Source of the DNA: Methanomassiliicoccaceae archaeon
GTDB lineage: Archaea > Thermoplasmatota > Thermoplasmata > Methanomassiliicoccales > Methanomassiliicoccaceae
Length of the DNA stretch: 64,000 nucleotides
Assembly (NCBI GenBank): GCA_963728405.1
Contig: CAVSJV010000004.1
Location: 1-64,000 of the forward strand
Reading direction: 5' to 3'
Below the pieces are notes generated by a model. It was not told where the DNA came from. It ran no database searches and saw nothing but the letters and a program-made list of their open reading frames with translations. Both the position numbers and the translations under genes were made by a program. Shown one piece after another: positions 10,587-20,442 of this stretch (positions within the stretch are counted from its first letter, which is position 1; every line of letters begins with the position of its first letter).

Positions 10587-11148
10587 ATTCTACCCTCCTT
10601 TGAAAATTGTTTGATTTATTCAGTTGTAACCAGCTCTCCGAATGCAGCTGCGTGAAACGGACGAGCAGACGCGATGAGCCACTCCCCTCGATAAAGTTTT
10701 CGATAATACTATGATCTCACTAGAAAAATGGACCACCCGATCCATGCAACAATATGTCCGACCCATTATCCCTCTGAGCGAGACCACAAAAGGGGTGAGC
10801 AATAACTGGAATGGAGGATCGATCATTTCCCTCGGGCCTTGGGGGCCTGAAGAGCTTACTTTCGAGAGGTCATCTCCTTTCTATTGGGTCTCACCAATCA
10901 TTACGTTCAGATCCATTATAGGAAAAGCCTCAATTCCCTTGATCCAAGGGGTGATGGGAACATATGGTGTTCGTTGAGGACGTGAATAAAAAACGCAAAT
11001 TGTATTAATCCCTCGGTCGAGAGCCTACACCCCTTAGAATGACGGTTAGTATGAGCGATCGGCCGGCCATATGCTCGTATGATGAACGGGGGGGCTGCAG
11101 CCCATTGATCTGAAAGAGAATCTCCTCGCGACGATATGCATCATAGCG

Positions 11149-12429
11149 TTGCTCATAACCATATTTGCTACGGCAGGACCAACGAAGACAGCAGCTGGTG
11201 GGAACCTGGAAGTTTCAGGTACCCACATAACGATGAACGGGATCGAGGCCAATAGCACGCTGAATGGAGTGGTTGACACCACCGCGCTCCAGTATTCCTT
11301 GATCTCTTGGGTAGAGGGTGAGATGGCGTTTGCGGGGAAGAACCAAAACTTTCCGAACCCCAGAAGCAAGATCCCGACCACCTCTCTCGACGATTTTTGG
11401 GATATATATTTCGCCTATTGCCAGCATTTCGACCTAAAACTGGTCAGATTAGGCGCTTCTGACAACTGGGGTAGCGAGGTCCTTTACACTAGCTGGATGG
11501 ATCACCGTCAAAATTTTTACCATGTGCTGGATACGATGGCCGAGAAGGCCGCTGAGCATGGAGCGTACATCGTCCTTGTCCTCGCCGGGACGCAGGACTA
11601 TCCAGCCTATGACTTCAGAGGCCCAGGGGACCCGTTCGACACCCAGAGCACGGCCTATTCGAACTACCTGACCTATGCCAGGGATGTTATGACCCATCTC
11701 GCCCCGCAACAAGGAATAGGGATCTATGATCTGTGGAATGAACCGGATGCGGACAAGGTCGACCAGAAGTACTGGAAGGGAGAAAAAGCAGCTTTCAGCG
11801 CCTGGTCCACGCAGGTCGCTCAGGATACTTCAGATTGCGCCTTTCATCCCAGGACGATGGGGGTCGCCGGATTCGGGCTGCTCTTCGATTGGGGACAGGA
11901 GGACTTCGACCTGGCCACTGGCAAGGTCCCGTTCGAGATCGCTCAACGCCACTATTACGCTTCGGCCTACGACCCCCGCTCGGCCAAGGAACCAGAAGCA
12001 TGGGCCAGGAACGACGGCAAGCCCCTCCTGTGGGGGGAGGTCGGCAACAATGGCCAGTTGATCCAGACCAGATGGCCATTGATGGAGGAGGCGATAAGCA
12101 CGAACGGGGGGGAGGCCATATGCTCGATCTCGATGATCGGTACCGAGGGATTCCCATACTATCCCTCTGGGGTCAGCTGGATACTGTATTCTATTGCCCT
12201 ACCGGTTTCTGACGAACTGACCCCGAGCGTCTACCCGGTCATTCATCCACTTGACGAATCCATCTCGACCGTCTTGGGCGGCAGCTGGGCCATCTTGATG
12301 TTCTTTGCCGCGACGTGGCTCGCGGGATATTTGGTAGTGTACCGAGGCCGCGCCCTCGTCCTCATACCCTTGAATCGTAGCAATGTTCAGCCTGACGGCC
12401 CTGGTCTTCATATCCCGGGTCTGATCTGA
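11149..12429 (+). CDS. Secreted, C-terminally anchored clan GH-A (GH5-like) glycoside hydrolase
   Basis: LVRL strand, DLWNEP acid/base motif, HYY, LLWGEVG nucleophile motif; hydrophobic N-terminus and C-terminal TM. True start may lie upstream across the G7 run at 11088-11094. Confidence 0.72.
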   Translation: MLITIFATAGPTKTAAGGNLEVSGTHITMNGIEANSTLNGVVDTTALQYSLISWVEGEMAFAGKNQNFPNPRSKIPTTSLDDFWDIYFAYCQHFDLKLVRLGASDNWGSEVLYTSWMDHRQNFYHVLDTMAEKAAEHGAYIVLVLAGTQDYPAYDFRGPGDPFDTQSTAYSNYLTYARDVMTHLAPQQGIGIYDLWNEPDADKVDQKYWKGEKAAFSAWSTQVAQDTSDCAFHPRTMGVAGFGLLFDWGQEDFDLATGKVPFEIAQRHYYASAYDPRSAKEPEAWARNDGKPLLWGEVGNNGQLIQTRWPLMEEAISTNGGEAICSISMIGTEGFPYYPSGVSWILYSIALPVSDELTPSVYPVIHPLDESISTVLGGSWAILMFFAATWLAGYLVVYRGRALVLIPLNRSNVQPDGPGLHIPGLI

Positions 12430-12594
12430 CACTGGGGGCGACCCGCCCTGCTCCACTCCTGAACGAACAGCTGGCCGCTTAACAGGCAAGGTTTGGCAAT
12501 GGCCTCGATCAGCCCATTGATGATGCTCATGGGCCAATTTGCTTCCCGGGGCGCCTAGGCATCCCATAGATCCCATAAGAAGGCTCATTGAGCT

Positions 12595-12891
12595 ATGCCA
12601 AGACGCCGCATCAATCAGATTTATGCATCCGCATTACATCCTGGTCCTGTGAACGAACCGTCGAGCTGGTTTAGAGTGGAATCAAGCCGGGCAGCCACTG
12701 AGCTGGAGGCGGCCACCGCAGGCCTCTTCACCAAGGGAAAGGTCAAGGTCTACCGATGCACCCTATTGAACCAGGAATGTCATTATGTCCATAACACTGG
12801 AGCTGGGGACTGCCGGAGGTGCAATTTTGCCCTTGCCTTCCTGATGGCCAACCCATCGTACATCAAAGAGAGCATCGCGGACCATAAGTGA
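12595..12891 (+). CDS. Hypothetical protein with Cys cluster
   Basis: C..L...C....GDCRRC pattern; 98 aa. Confidence 0.55.
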   Translation: MPRRRINQIYASALHPGPVNEPSSWFRVESSRAATELEAATAGLFTKGKVKVYRCTLLNQECHYVHNTGAGDCRRCNFALAFLMANPSYIKESIADHK

Positions 12892-12915
12892 ATGTAATTC
12901 GGATTTGATCGCGGT

Positions 12916-13704
12916 TCAGCAGACCTCTTCCTTGATGCCATACCCATCCTCGATGCAGACCAGTGCCAGGTCCCGCCCGAAGGCGTGGATGGGGGAGGTC
13001 GATACGAGGATGCTAACCTCCTCCCGGACCCCATTGATCTCGGATACAATGATGGCCTCGACCCGCTTGCACCGCTCTTTGAGAGCGATGGTCCTCTGGA
13101 CCGACCCCCAAATGTTGCACTGAGCGCAGCTCGAGCTGAAGCCACAGCCCTTCTCGTTCTCCGTGGAATGTACGCATTTAAATGCCATACCGCACGGCAT
13201 ACCGACAAGGTTAGGCAGCGGCATATGGGCGAACTCGCTTACCAAATTATTCGGAGCATATATCCTACGGTCGATGTCCATGACCATCATCAGGATCGGA
13301 GAACTTTGGAATATTTCCAAGACCAGTGTCTCGGCACCCCTTCGCTTGACGACCTGAATGATGGCGTTCCGCAGCTCCGCGAACTGAGACTCCATGTCCA
13401 TGCCCTTTCGGATGTAGAAATCCGCCCCGTCGTTAAGTGCGGCGATAGCGATCTCCTCGCGTCCGCGGCCGGTGAACAGCAGGAAAGGGATGTTGTTACC
13501 TGATCCCCTTAAGGTCTTCAACAGCTCGATCCCATCCATCGCGGGCATCTGGTAATCGGATACGATGGCGTCGAATTTTTGCTCAGATATCAGGTCGAGC
13601 GCATTCTTTGCCGAACTGACCGCGGTGACCTTGATCTCCTTATTTTCCTCTAAGGCAATTCGGGTCAGCTCAAGCTGATCGGGCTCGTCGTCGACAAGAA
13701 GCAC
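12916..13704 (-). CDS. Response regulator receiver fused to Cys-rich PAS-like domain
   Basis: LLVDDEP, IVSDYQMP.MDG, FTGRGREE, GADFYIRKG; C-terminal PAS with five Cys. Confidence 0.88.
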   Translation of the reverse strand: MLLVDDEPDQLELTRIALEENKEIKVTAVSSAKNALDLISEQKFDAIVSDYQMPAMDGIELLKTLRGSGNNIPFLLFTGRGREEIAIAALNDGADFYIRKGMDMESQFAELRNAIIQVVKRRGAETLVLEIFQSSPILMMVMDIDRRIYAPNNLVSEFAHMPLPNLVGMPCGMAFKCVHSTENEKGCGFSSSCAQCNIWGSVQRTIALKERCKRVEAIIVSEINGVREEVSILVSTSPIHAFGRDLALVCIEDGYGIKEEVC

Positions 13705-13861
13705 GACTTATCGGGAGCCGAACATCGACCAGATATCGAAAGGTGCGCGTATAATTCCTTTCGATCGAGGAGACATTTACGAGAATCATTAGGTCGCTGA
13801 CCGGCCATCGGAGCTTGACAAGTATTATGGGGTCGACTGACATTTCAACGCAGGGATATTC

Positions 13862-14446
13862 ATGATCATCGTAGGCGTAGGCTGCGGGCCTGAACTGATC
13901 ACCGTGCAGGCGGCGAACATTATCTACAATGCCAAGAGGGTGGCGGGCTCGTCGCAGGCCCTCTCCCTGGCCGAGGAATACATCCAGGAGGGCTGCAAGG
14001 TGTTCGTGCTCCAGGACTACTTCAAGCTGGAGGAGTTCCCTCAGGACACGGTCATCCTATCGACCGGCGACCCCACCTTAGTAGGGCTGAAGGTCAAGGG
14101 CGCTGAGCTGGTGCCAGGCATCTCGTCGCTGCAAGTGGCCTTCGCCCGGCTTAACCTGCCGCTCGAGTCGGTAAGCGTGGTATGCGCCCAGGGCAAGCAT
14201 TTCACCACCAAGGCGGTGGACGAGGTCGCCCGCGAGTTGAAGAGAGGGAAGAACGTCTTCGTCCTCGCCGACCCCAAGCTCAGCGTGTCCCAGCTGGCGG
14301 AGGATCTTGGTAAAAAAGGAATCGATTGTCAGCTCGCCGTCCTGGAGAACCTCGGTTACGACAATGAGGTGGTGGCCGTTGGCACGATCAAGGAACCTCC
14401 CATCCCGGAGTCCTCGCTGTTCTGCCTGGTGCTCGGCAAATGGTAA
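13862..14446 (+). CDS. cbiE: Cobalt-precorrin-7 C5-methyltransferase
   Basis: IVGVGCGP..IT, LSTGDP, VPGISSLQVAFARL, LENLGY. Confidence 0.85.
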   Translation: MIIVGVGCGPELITVQAANIIYNAKRVAGSSQALSLAEEYIQEGCKVFVLQDYFKLEEFPQDTVILSTGDPTLVGLKVKGAELVPGISSLQVAFARLNLPLESVSVVCAQGKHFTTKAVDEVARELKRGKNVFVLADPKLSVSQLAEDLGKKGIDCQLAVLENLGYDNEVVAVGTIKEPPIPESSLFCLVLGKW

Positions 14447-16381
14447 CTATTCTTTCGCTAGCGCCTTCTTGTGCCTCATCCTCAGTCCCAGAGGAAGGAG
14501 GTCGAAGAACGCCCCGAACCGGTCATACGATTCGAAGTTGGCGATCTCAGTGCCGCTATCGACCTTGGTGACCAGCACCTTGTCCGATAGGCGTTTCTTT
14601 ACCAGCCAGGCCTGACCGCCCAGGATGAATATGTTGTCGACCGGTAAGGTGATATTGCCGATCGGAACATCGGTCTCCATCTCCACGACACGGATGCTTT
14701 CCGAGCCCGGGATGTTCGAGTACAGCTTCGGGCCGAGCTCCCGGGCCTTGTCCGTCGCCTTCCACAGGCCATCTTCGGTCCGGTCGAGCCATCCGCTCTT
14801 CTTCAGGTGCTCGAGGGCTTCGGCCACCTCGGCGGGATCGATCATGCCCTTGAACAATGCGGTAAGATGATCTCCTCCCTTGCCATCGGAATTGGCCAGG
14901 ACCGATAGGACTTGCTGGACCATCACCGATGGATCGAAAGCGTGCTCCTCGCTGGAGTACTTCGATCGGACGATGGCCTCGAATATCTTCTCGTAGTATG
15001 AGACCTCCCCAGAGGTACGGGCCACCGCCACCGTGCTGATCCTTTCCTGACGCCGGTTGCCGCGGCCGATGCGCTGGGCGATGGAGGCGATGGACCTCGG
15101 GCGGTTCGCCAGGATGACCATATCGATGTCCCCGATGTCCACGCCCACCTCCAGAGTGGAGGTGCAGGCGCAGATGGCCCGCTTTTCGATGCGCAGGGCC
15201 CGCTCGGCCTCCTGACGTTTCGACGCCTGCAATTTACCATGATGCACATGCACGATGTGGGGCGGGAAGTAACGGCGCAGGTCACCGTTGACCAGGGTCT
15301 CCGCCTCCTCGGGAGTGTTGACGAAGACCAGCGCTTTCTTCAGGTCCTTCTCCTTGAACGCCCTGATGGCCTGGTCCAGGTAGGGAACGATGCGATAATC
15401 GATCCCTCTTCCCCCCGGAGAGCGGACGATGCGGGCGTTGGGCATGTAGCGGTTCGCCAGAGCGTCCGGATCGCTGACCGTGGCCGAGGCGGCGTAGAAC
15501 GATATGGGTCCAGGGGCCGATCCCATGATGCGTCGGAGGGTCACTCGGAGCTGGTCACCCCGGTAGGTCCCGTCGATCATATGCAGTTCGTCCAGAACGA
15601 TGGCCCGCACCTCCCCGAGCAGGTCCGGCATGAGCGAGACGAAGGAATCGAGGCTCTCCGGGGTGGTGACCAGCACGTCCTGGGGGTTCGACCGGTCCAG
15701 CTCCTTGGCGTCCCCGCTCCTCAGTGCCACCCGGAACCCCAGGGGGGTCAGCAGTTCTTCCAACCTTGCCCTGATGTCTGCGGCCAGCGCCTTTGTCGGC
15801 GACACGTAGATGACCGATAAACCCCTCCATCCCTCGGCGGCCAGACGCTGCATGAGCGGGGCGAAGATCGCTTCGGTCTTACCCCCAGCGGTGGACGAGA
15901 TTATCAAGGCGTTGCGACCTTCCAGAATTACCGGGACCGCTCGTCTCTGGATGCCCCGAAGGTGTTCGAACCGGCCGAAGAACGGTTCCCAGACCAAGGG
16001 CAGCGAGGCTTTGATCCTCTCATCCTCCTCCGGATCAGGCCGGTCCTCATCCATTGCCTCGATGGAACGAGACACCGGACCGGGCGGGGAGCCATGCACG
16101 GCGTCGTTCGCCGGGGCGCGCTCTTTGACATTCTCGAACGGCAGCTTCAGCTTGGAGCGGGCGGCCAACCCCTCATGCTGGACGGCCATCTCGGTCTGCC
16201 CCCTACGCTTGTATATCCTGCTCAGCTGGATGTGCGACTCGTAATGGGCCGGGAAGGCCTGCAGAGCGTTCTCGTACTTGCGCACCGCCTCGTCCGTCTT
16301 ACCTACGACCTCAGAATGAAAGCCCATGCGGAATAGGGCGTCCGCCTTGTTCCTCTGGTAAGTGTCCCGGTCGTAGCTCAT
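14447..16381 (-). CDS. Lhr-like DEAD/DEAH-box helicase with N-terminal TPR
   Basis: TAGGKTEA, SPTKAL, TTPESL, DELH, SAT, HHG, CTSTLEVGVDIG, QRIGRG; helical TPR-like N-terminus. Confidence 0.9.
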   Translation of the reverse strand: MSYDRDTYQRNKADALFRMGFHSEVVGKTDEAVRKYENALQAFPAHYESHIQLSRIYKRRGQTEMAVQHEGLAARSKLKLPFENVKERAPANDAVHGSPPGPVSRSIEAMDEDRPDPEEDERIKASLPLVWEPFFGRFEHLRGIQRRAVPVILEGRNALIISSTAGGKTEAIFAPLMQRLAAEGWRGLSVIYVSPTKALAADIRARLEELLTPLGFRVALRSGDAKELDRSNPQDVLVTTPESLDSFVSLMPDLLGEVRAIVLDELHMIDGTYRGDQLRVTLRRIMGSAPGPISFYAASATVSDPDALANRYMPNARIVRSPGGRGIDYRIVPYLDQAIRAFKEKDLKKALVFVNTPEEAETLVNGDLRRYFPPHIVHVHHGKLQASKRQEAERALRIEKRAICACTSTLEVGVDIGDIDMVILANRPRSIASIAQRIGRGNRRQERISTVAVARTSGEVSYYEKIFEAIVRSKYSSEEHAFDPSVMVQQVLSVLANSDGKGGDHLTALFKGMIDPAEVAEALEHLKKSGWLDRTEDGLWKATDKARELGPKLYSNIPGSESIRVVEMETDVPIGNITLPVDNIFILGGQAWLVKKRLSDKVLVTKVDSGTEIANFESYDRFGAFFDLLPLGLRMRHKKALAKE

Positions 16382-16506
16382 GTCGGCCTATGGCGCACCG
16401 TATCTGGATATTTAAAAGAAAGGGGGAGCTGTCCGAATTGCTCCAATGATTCAACTGTCCAGCTGGTCACAGAGCAAGCTTTGAGCCCGAAAGTACATCC
16501 CCCCTT

Positions 16507-16887
16507 GTGTTCCGCCTCCCAATGAGGTACGCCTTGATCGTCACCGCCTTCGGCCTGTTCGTGGTCGCTTCGTTCCTTCTGATCATGCTCGACCTGATCA
16601 ACCATCTGCTGCGGGGAGATGCCTTTCCCATCATCCCGTGGACGATAGGCAACCTGGCCCTTTTGATCATCACCATGATAGTGGTGGCGCTGATCATCTC
16701 GGCCATCGCCTGGGGCTATTGGCTGGGGGACATTGGCAACGGGAGCGGGGGGCGGAGAGAGGATCGTAGTGAAGAGGCCCGTACTGCTCTGGGGGTCCTG
16801 GAGAAGAAGTATGCGAACAAGGAGATCACCATGTCCGAGTACCTAGCGTTAAGGAAGGGCATCGAGCGTGATCGCCCCAGGTACTGA
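16507..16887 (+). CDS. Membrane protein with C-terminal SHOCT domain
   Basis: Two TM helices; ALGVLEKKYANKEITMSEYLALR. Confidence 0.75.
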   Translation: MFRLPMRYALIVTAFGLFVVASFLLIMLDLINHLLRGDAFPIIPWTIGNLALLIITMIVVALIISAIAWGYWLGDIGNGSGGRREDRSEEARTALGVLEKKYANKEITMSEYLALRKGIERDRPRY

Positions 16888-16970
16888 TCCCCCGCGGTCA
16901 GGTCCGAAAGACATTTAGCATTCAAATAGACGGCCAAAAAATTAAATGGCCAGGTAATGGTCGGGTAGCG

Positions 16971-17387
16971 TTGATCGCCGGAAGCAGAGCATGCCCTGAG
17001 TGCCAGGCCACACTGCCACTCAAGACCAGATATTGTCCAGCGTGCAATACGCTCATCAATCCCAACGCTCCCGAGGACCCCATCCAGCAGGTCAGGGAAA
17101 GTGCCGAGTTCAAGATCATGCTCTCCTGGGGCATCGCCGCCATGTTGCTCTTCTTCAGCTTCGGGTTCTTCCTGCCGGCCATGATAGCCGAACCCAGCTT
17201 CATCTGGATCTCAGCCCTACTGTTCATCGCCGGAGTGGTCTTGCTCGCCTGGGGCTACCGTGTCAAGGTCAGGCTGAAAGGCCAGATCGCCAAGCTCGAA
17301 GAGGAGATGCATGTCCGATGCAAGTACTGTGACGGTATCAACGATAAGGGATTCCACAAGTGTGCGTTCTGCGGGGCGCCATTATAA
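16971..17387 (+). CDS. Membrane protein with N- and C-terminal zinc ribbons
   Basis: CPEC/CPAC, 2 TM, CKYC/CAFCGAPL. Confidence 0.8.
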   Translation: MIAGSRACPECQATLPLKTRYCPACNTLINPNAPEDPIQQVRESAEFKIMLSWGIAAMLLFFSFGFFLPAMIAEPSFIWISALLFIAGVVLLAWGYRVKVRLKGQIAKLEEEMHVRCKYCDGINDKGFHKCAFCGAPL

Positions 17388-17450
17388 GGGTATAGACCTA
17401 AGCAAATATCGAACGAACCGGACATTCTGTTTCTATCATGTTGCCTTGGC

Positions 17451-18752
17451 CTACTCGATGTTCTCGCCAAGCCCGAAGCTGTTGACGCGCTCGTGCTTCC
17501 AGCTGCATTCTGGGAAAGTGAGCTCGAACTTGAAGCCCACTCTTTCCGCCCCGCTTTCCCTGATACTGCCGCCTGTCATCTCCATTATCTGTTGTGCGAC
17601 GTACAGGTCCATTCCGCCGTTGTTGTCGAAGTCCTTACCGAATATCGATGCCTTCTGTGATGCCGGGACCCCCATGCCATTATCCTGATAGACAATTATG
17701 CAGTTCTTGTCCTCGAAACGATAGCTTAGGGAGACCTTTCCAGCCCCCTTTCCATGCCGTCGGGTGTTGTCCAGCAGGATGGTGAACACTTTCTCCAGTA
17801 ACGGGTCCGCCAGCACCGACAAAGAGCCAAGGTCGGCCTGCACCTCCAGACCTTCCGACGCTCCGGTGGTCTTGGCCTTGGCCAGTACGAACTGCATCCA
17901 TTGCCAGGCCGGCTCCGAGCGCCCCAGTCCCTGATATTGTTGAGCAAGGATGAACTGATGTTCGATGTACTTTACCGCCCCCTTGATCCTTTCACCATAG
18001 CGGCGGACATCCTCCTCTTTCAGGTGGCCGGTGGACATCAACTCGCTGTAGCCACGGATAACTCCGACCTGGTTTAGAGTGTCATGCCGTATGAGGGTGG
18101 ACATCATGTTCAGTCGTGTGTTCGCCTTTCTCAGCGAGTCCTTCATCCTGCGCTCATCGTCCACATCTCGAAGGATGAGCATAAGGCCGGTGCGCTCGCC
18201 CCCTTGGTCGGTCATGGCCGTCACCTGGACATCGTAGAAGTGGTCCTTGCCCCGCTGTAAGATGGATGTTTCGAGCACATTTCCTAGGTTTAGGGCGGTT
18301 TCAAGCTCAACCTCCGTCACCGTTGGCAGTATTTCCCTCAATCGAGCAGCATAAGCCTTCTCCGGAGCCATTCCGATTATATCGGCACCGGAAGGATTTA
18401 TGTGAACGATACGGCCCTTGCTATCGAGCACGATCACACCATCCTTCATCCTCTCCACCACGGTGTCCAGGGGCATGACATCGAACAGTTCGTACCGGAA
18501 GGTGGCCAGGAAGATGAGCGGTATCGCCACGTTCGAAATGTACTCGACATCGTTCCAGAACAACTTCTCCTCAAGGGTCGGGCTGACCAGCTCAAGGAGA
18601 TAGCTGAACGATAGCAGGGATACATAGCACAATAGAAGAATGAACGGCCCCTTGCTCCTCAGTTCGCTCATACGCTAGGCAAGGAAGGATAGGCCAACGG
18701 ATAGCGTGCTCGTGAGCAACAAGGGGATCGCCATGAGCGCTCCGTCAGCCAT
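17451..18752 (-). CDS. PAS sensor histidine kinase with shortened 7TM-type N-terminus and in-frame TAG
   Basis: PAS (DGVIVLD..GRIVHINPS), H-box RHDTLNQ, N-box LLDNTRRHG, DNGMG; upstream in-frame MADGALMAIPLLLTSTLSVGLSFLA*R. Confidence 0.8.
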
Positions 18753-19026
18753 GTGCATATAATTTCATTTGGTATTATATAAACAACCGACGACATTATC
18801 CTTCTTGATTTTGCGACCGCCCTGAGGCCGGTCGGATCCCACTATCGTGACGGCGATATCGAAAAGGATGACTTAACTCCTGACGAACCGAAATGCCCCA
18901 ATGCCTGGTCCAGACCATCGAACCGTTGGTGGACTCGATCAGGGGGTGAGCGCGGATCAGTCTCACCATAAGAAAGTGAGGAGCGAAGGATTTATTCCCT
19001 TGATAGTATTTTGATGCCGATCAGTC

Positions 19027-19323
19027 ATGAGAACGGGTCCGTTGATCTTCGCCGTTTTAGAGCTAGGTATATTCTCGAGGAAGAAGGAAGCAGTTACTCC
19101 CAAGGAGAGCGGTGACGAGGCGTTCATCCGCTGTCCGGCCTGCAACAAGGTCCTCCATTCCACTATTGCCAGATGCCCCTATTGCTCAGCATTCCTGGAG
19201 GTCAAATGCCCCAACTGTGATCGGAACACCAATCGGATGTTCAAGAACTGCCCGTACTGCAAGGAATCGCTCAAGGACAGTAAGGTAGATAAGGCCGGAG
19301 CTAGAAACACAACCCCTCGATAA
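19027..19323 (+). CDS. Double zinc-ribbon protein
   Basis: CPAC, CPYC, CPNC, CPYC; start uncertain. Confidence 0.75.
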   Translation: MRTGPLIFAVLELGIFSRKKEAVTPKESGDEAFIRCPACNKVLHSTIARCPYCSAFLEVKCPNCDRNTNRMFKNCPYCKESLKDSKVDKAGARNTTPR

Positions 19324-19325
19324 AG

Positions 19326-19883
19326 GTGGGGTCGGGCGGGGACAGGCGAGCGGCAACAGGCATAGGGACATCGATCATTTTCATAGCGATGATACTCACT
19401 AGTAGTGCCGCCGGCTCGATGATCCTGAGCAACATGGACACGGCCGCAGAGCAGGCCGGAACGGTATTGGATGACTCCCTTGACCATATTTCGGATCACC
19501 TGGAGATCAAGAGCGTTGTAGGCATATGCGACCCTTCCAAGGGCGAGCTCACCGGCCTGGAGCTCATTGTGACTCTGGGACCCGGGAGCGGCGGTATCAA
19601 TCTGAGCTCCCTCACCATCGAGCTCGTGCTCTCCGATGCTCATATGTTTCTCGTTCAAGGAGACCAGGGTTTCAAGGCCGAGAAGCTGCTGTCCGGAGGG
19701 AACTCGAATAGTTCCAACATAATCGCCCGCGGGGACATGTTCCTCGTTCGGTTCGCTCTACCCCACGGAGCGGATGGCAACGACATTATCAGGTTGGTCC
19801 TGCTGCCTTCCACGGGGTTCGCCACGACCATGTCGATGATCGTTCCAGACACCACTACGTCAACATATATCTCCATCCGATAA
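19326..19883 (+). CDS. flaB: Divergent (minor) archaellin
   Basis: Class III signal DRRA/ATGIGTSIIFIAMIL; LGPGSGGINLS, GD and P..G motifs of archaellins. Confidence 0.8.
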   Translation: MGSGGDRRAATGIGTSIIFIAMILTSSAAGSMILSNMDTAAEQAGTVLDDSLDHISDHLEIKSVVGICDPSKGELTGLELIVTLGPGSGGINLSSLTIELVLSDAHMFLVQGDQGFKAEKLLSGGNSNSSNIIARGDMFLVRFALPHGADGNDIIRLVLLPSTGFATTMSMIVPDTTTSTYISIR

Positions 19884-19990
19884 TGCGCATCAGTTGACTG
19901 GCTCGGAGAGATTATCGCAGTGTGTTATCAGGGCTGATTCCTAAATCTTTCAGTTTAAATATCCTATTGATAATAATTTGGACGGTCCCG

Positions 19991-20383
19991 ATGAACATCA
20001 TTGTAGGTACAGACGGGAAGCCTCATTCCGAGAAAGCGGTCGAGTACGCGTTCGGCTATGCCAAGGGATTTCGGGGCACCCTTTTCATCATGTACATTGT
20101 CAGCCCGAAAGCTCAAGAGGACAAGGACAAGAACATCAAGAACGGCATGCGGGTCCTTGGCCGAGCGAAGATACGAGCTTCGGAGATCGGGGTCGAGATC
20201 GCCACTCTCCTGGAAGCCGGTGAACCACAGGATACCATCCTATTGGCGGCCGACAAACTGGACGCGGACTGCATTATCGTAGGGTCATCCGGAGAGAAGA
20301 CGGGCCTGGCCAAGATGATGGGGGGGAGCACATCGGAGACTATCTTCAAGAAAGCCCCCTGCACGGTCATCGTGGTCAGATAG
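19991..20383 (+). CDS. Universal stress protein
   Basis: IIVGTDG..HSEKA, G.P...I, IIVGSSG, GSTSE...K.APCTVIVVR. Confidence 0.92.
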   Translation: MNIIVGTDGKPHSEKAVEYAFGYAKGFRGTLFIMYIVSPKAQEDKDKNIKNGMRVLGRAKIRASEIGVEIATLLEAGEPQDTILLAADKLDADCIIVGSSGEKTGLAKMMGGSTSETIFKKAPCTVIVVR

Positions 20384-20442
20384 TCTGAGAAATTCAACCA
20401 GACTACGAACCATTTTTAGCATCTCCGCATATTAAGGTCTAA

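Noticed and set aside
10140-16381. Shango-like system from TerB plus Lhr helicase
   Set aside because: Genes are about 4 kb apart with unrelated genes between, TerB is the small stand-alone type and no DUF2791 ATPase is present
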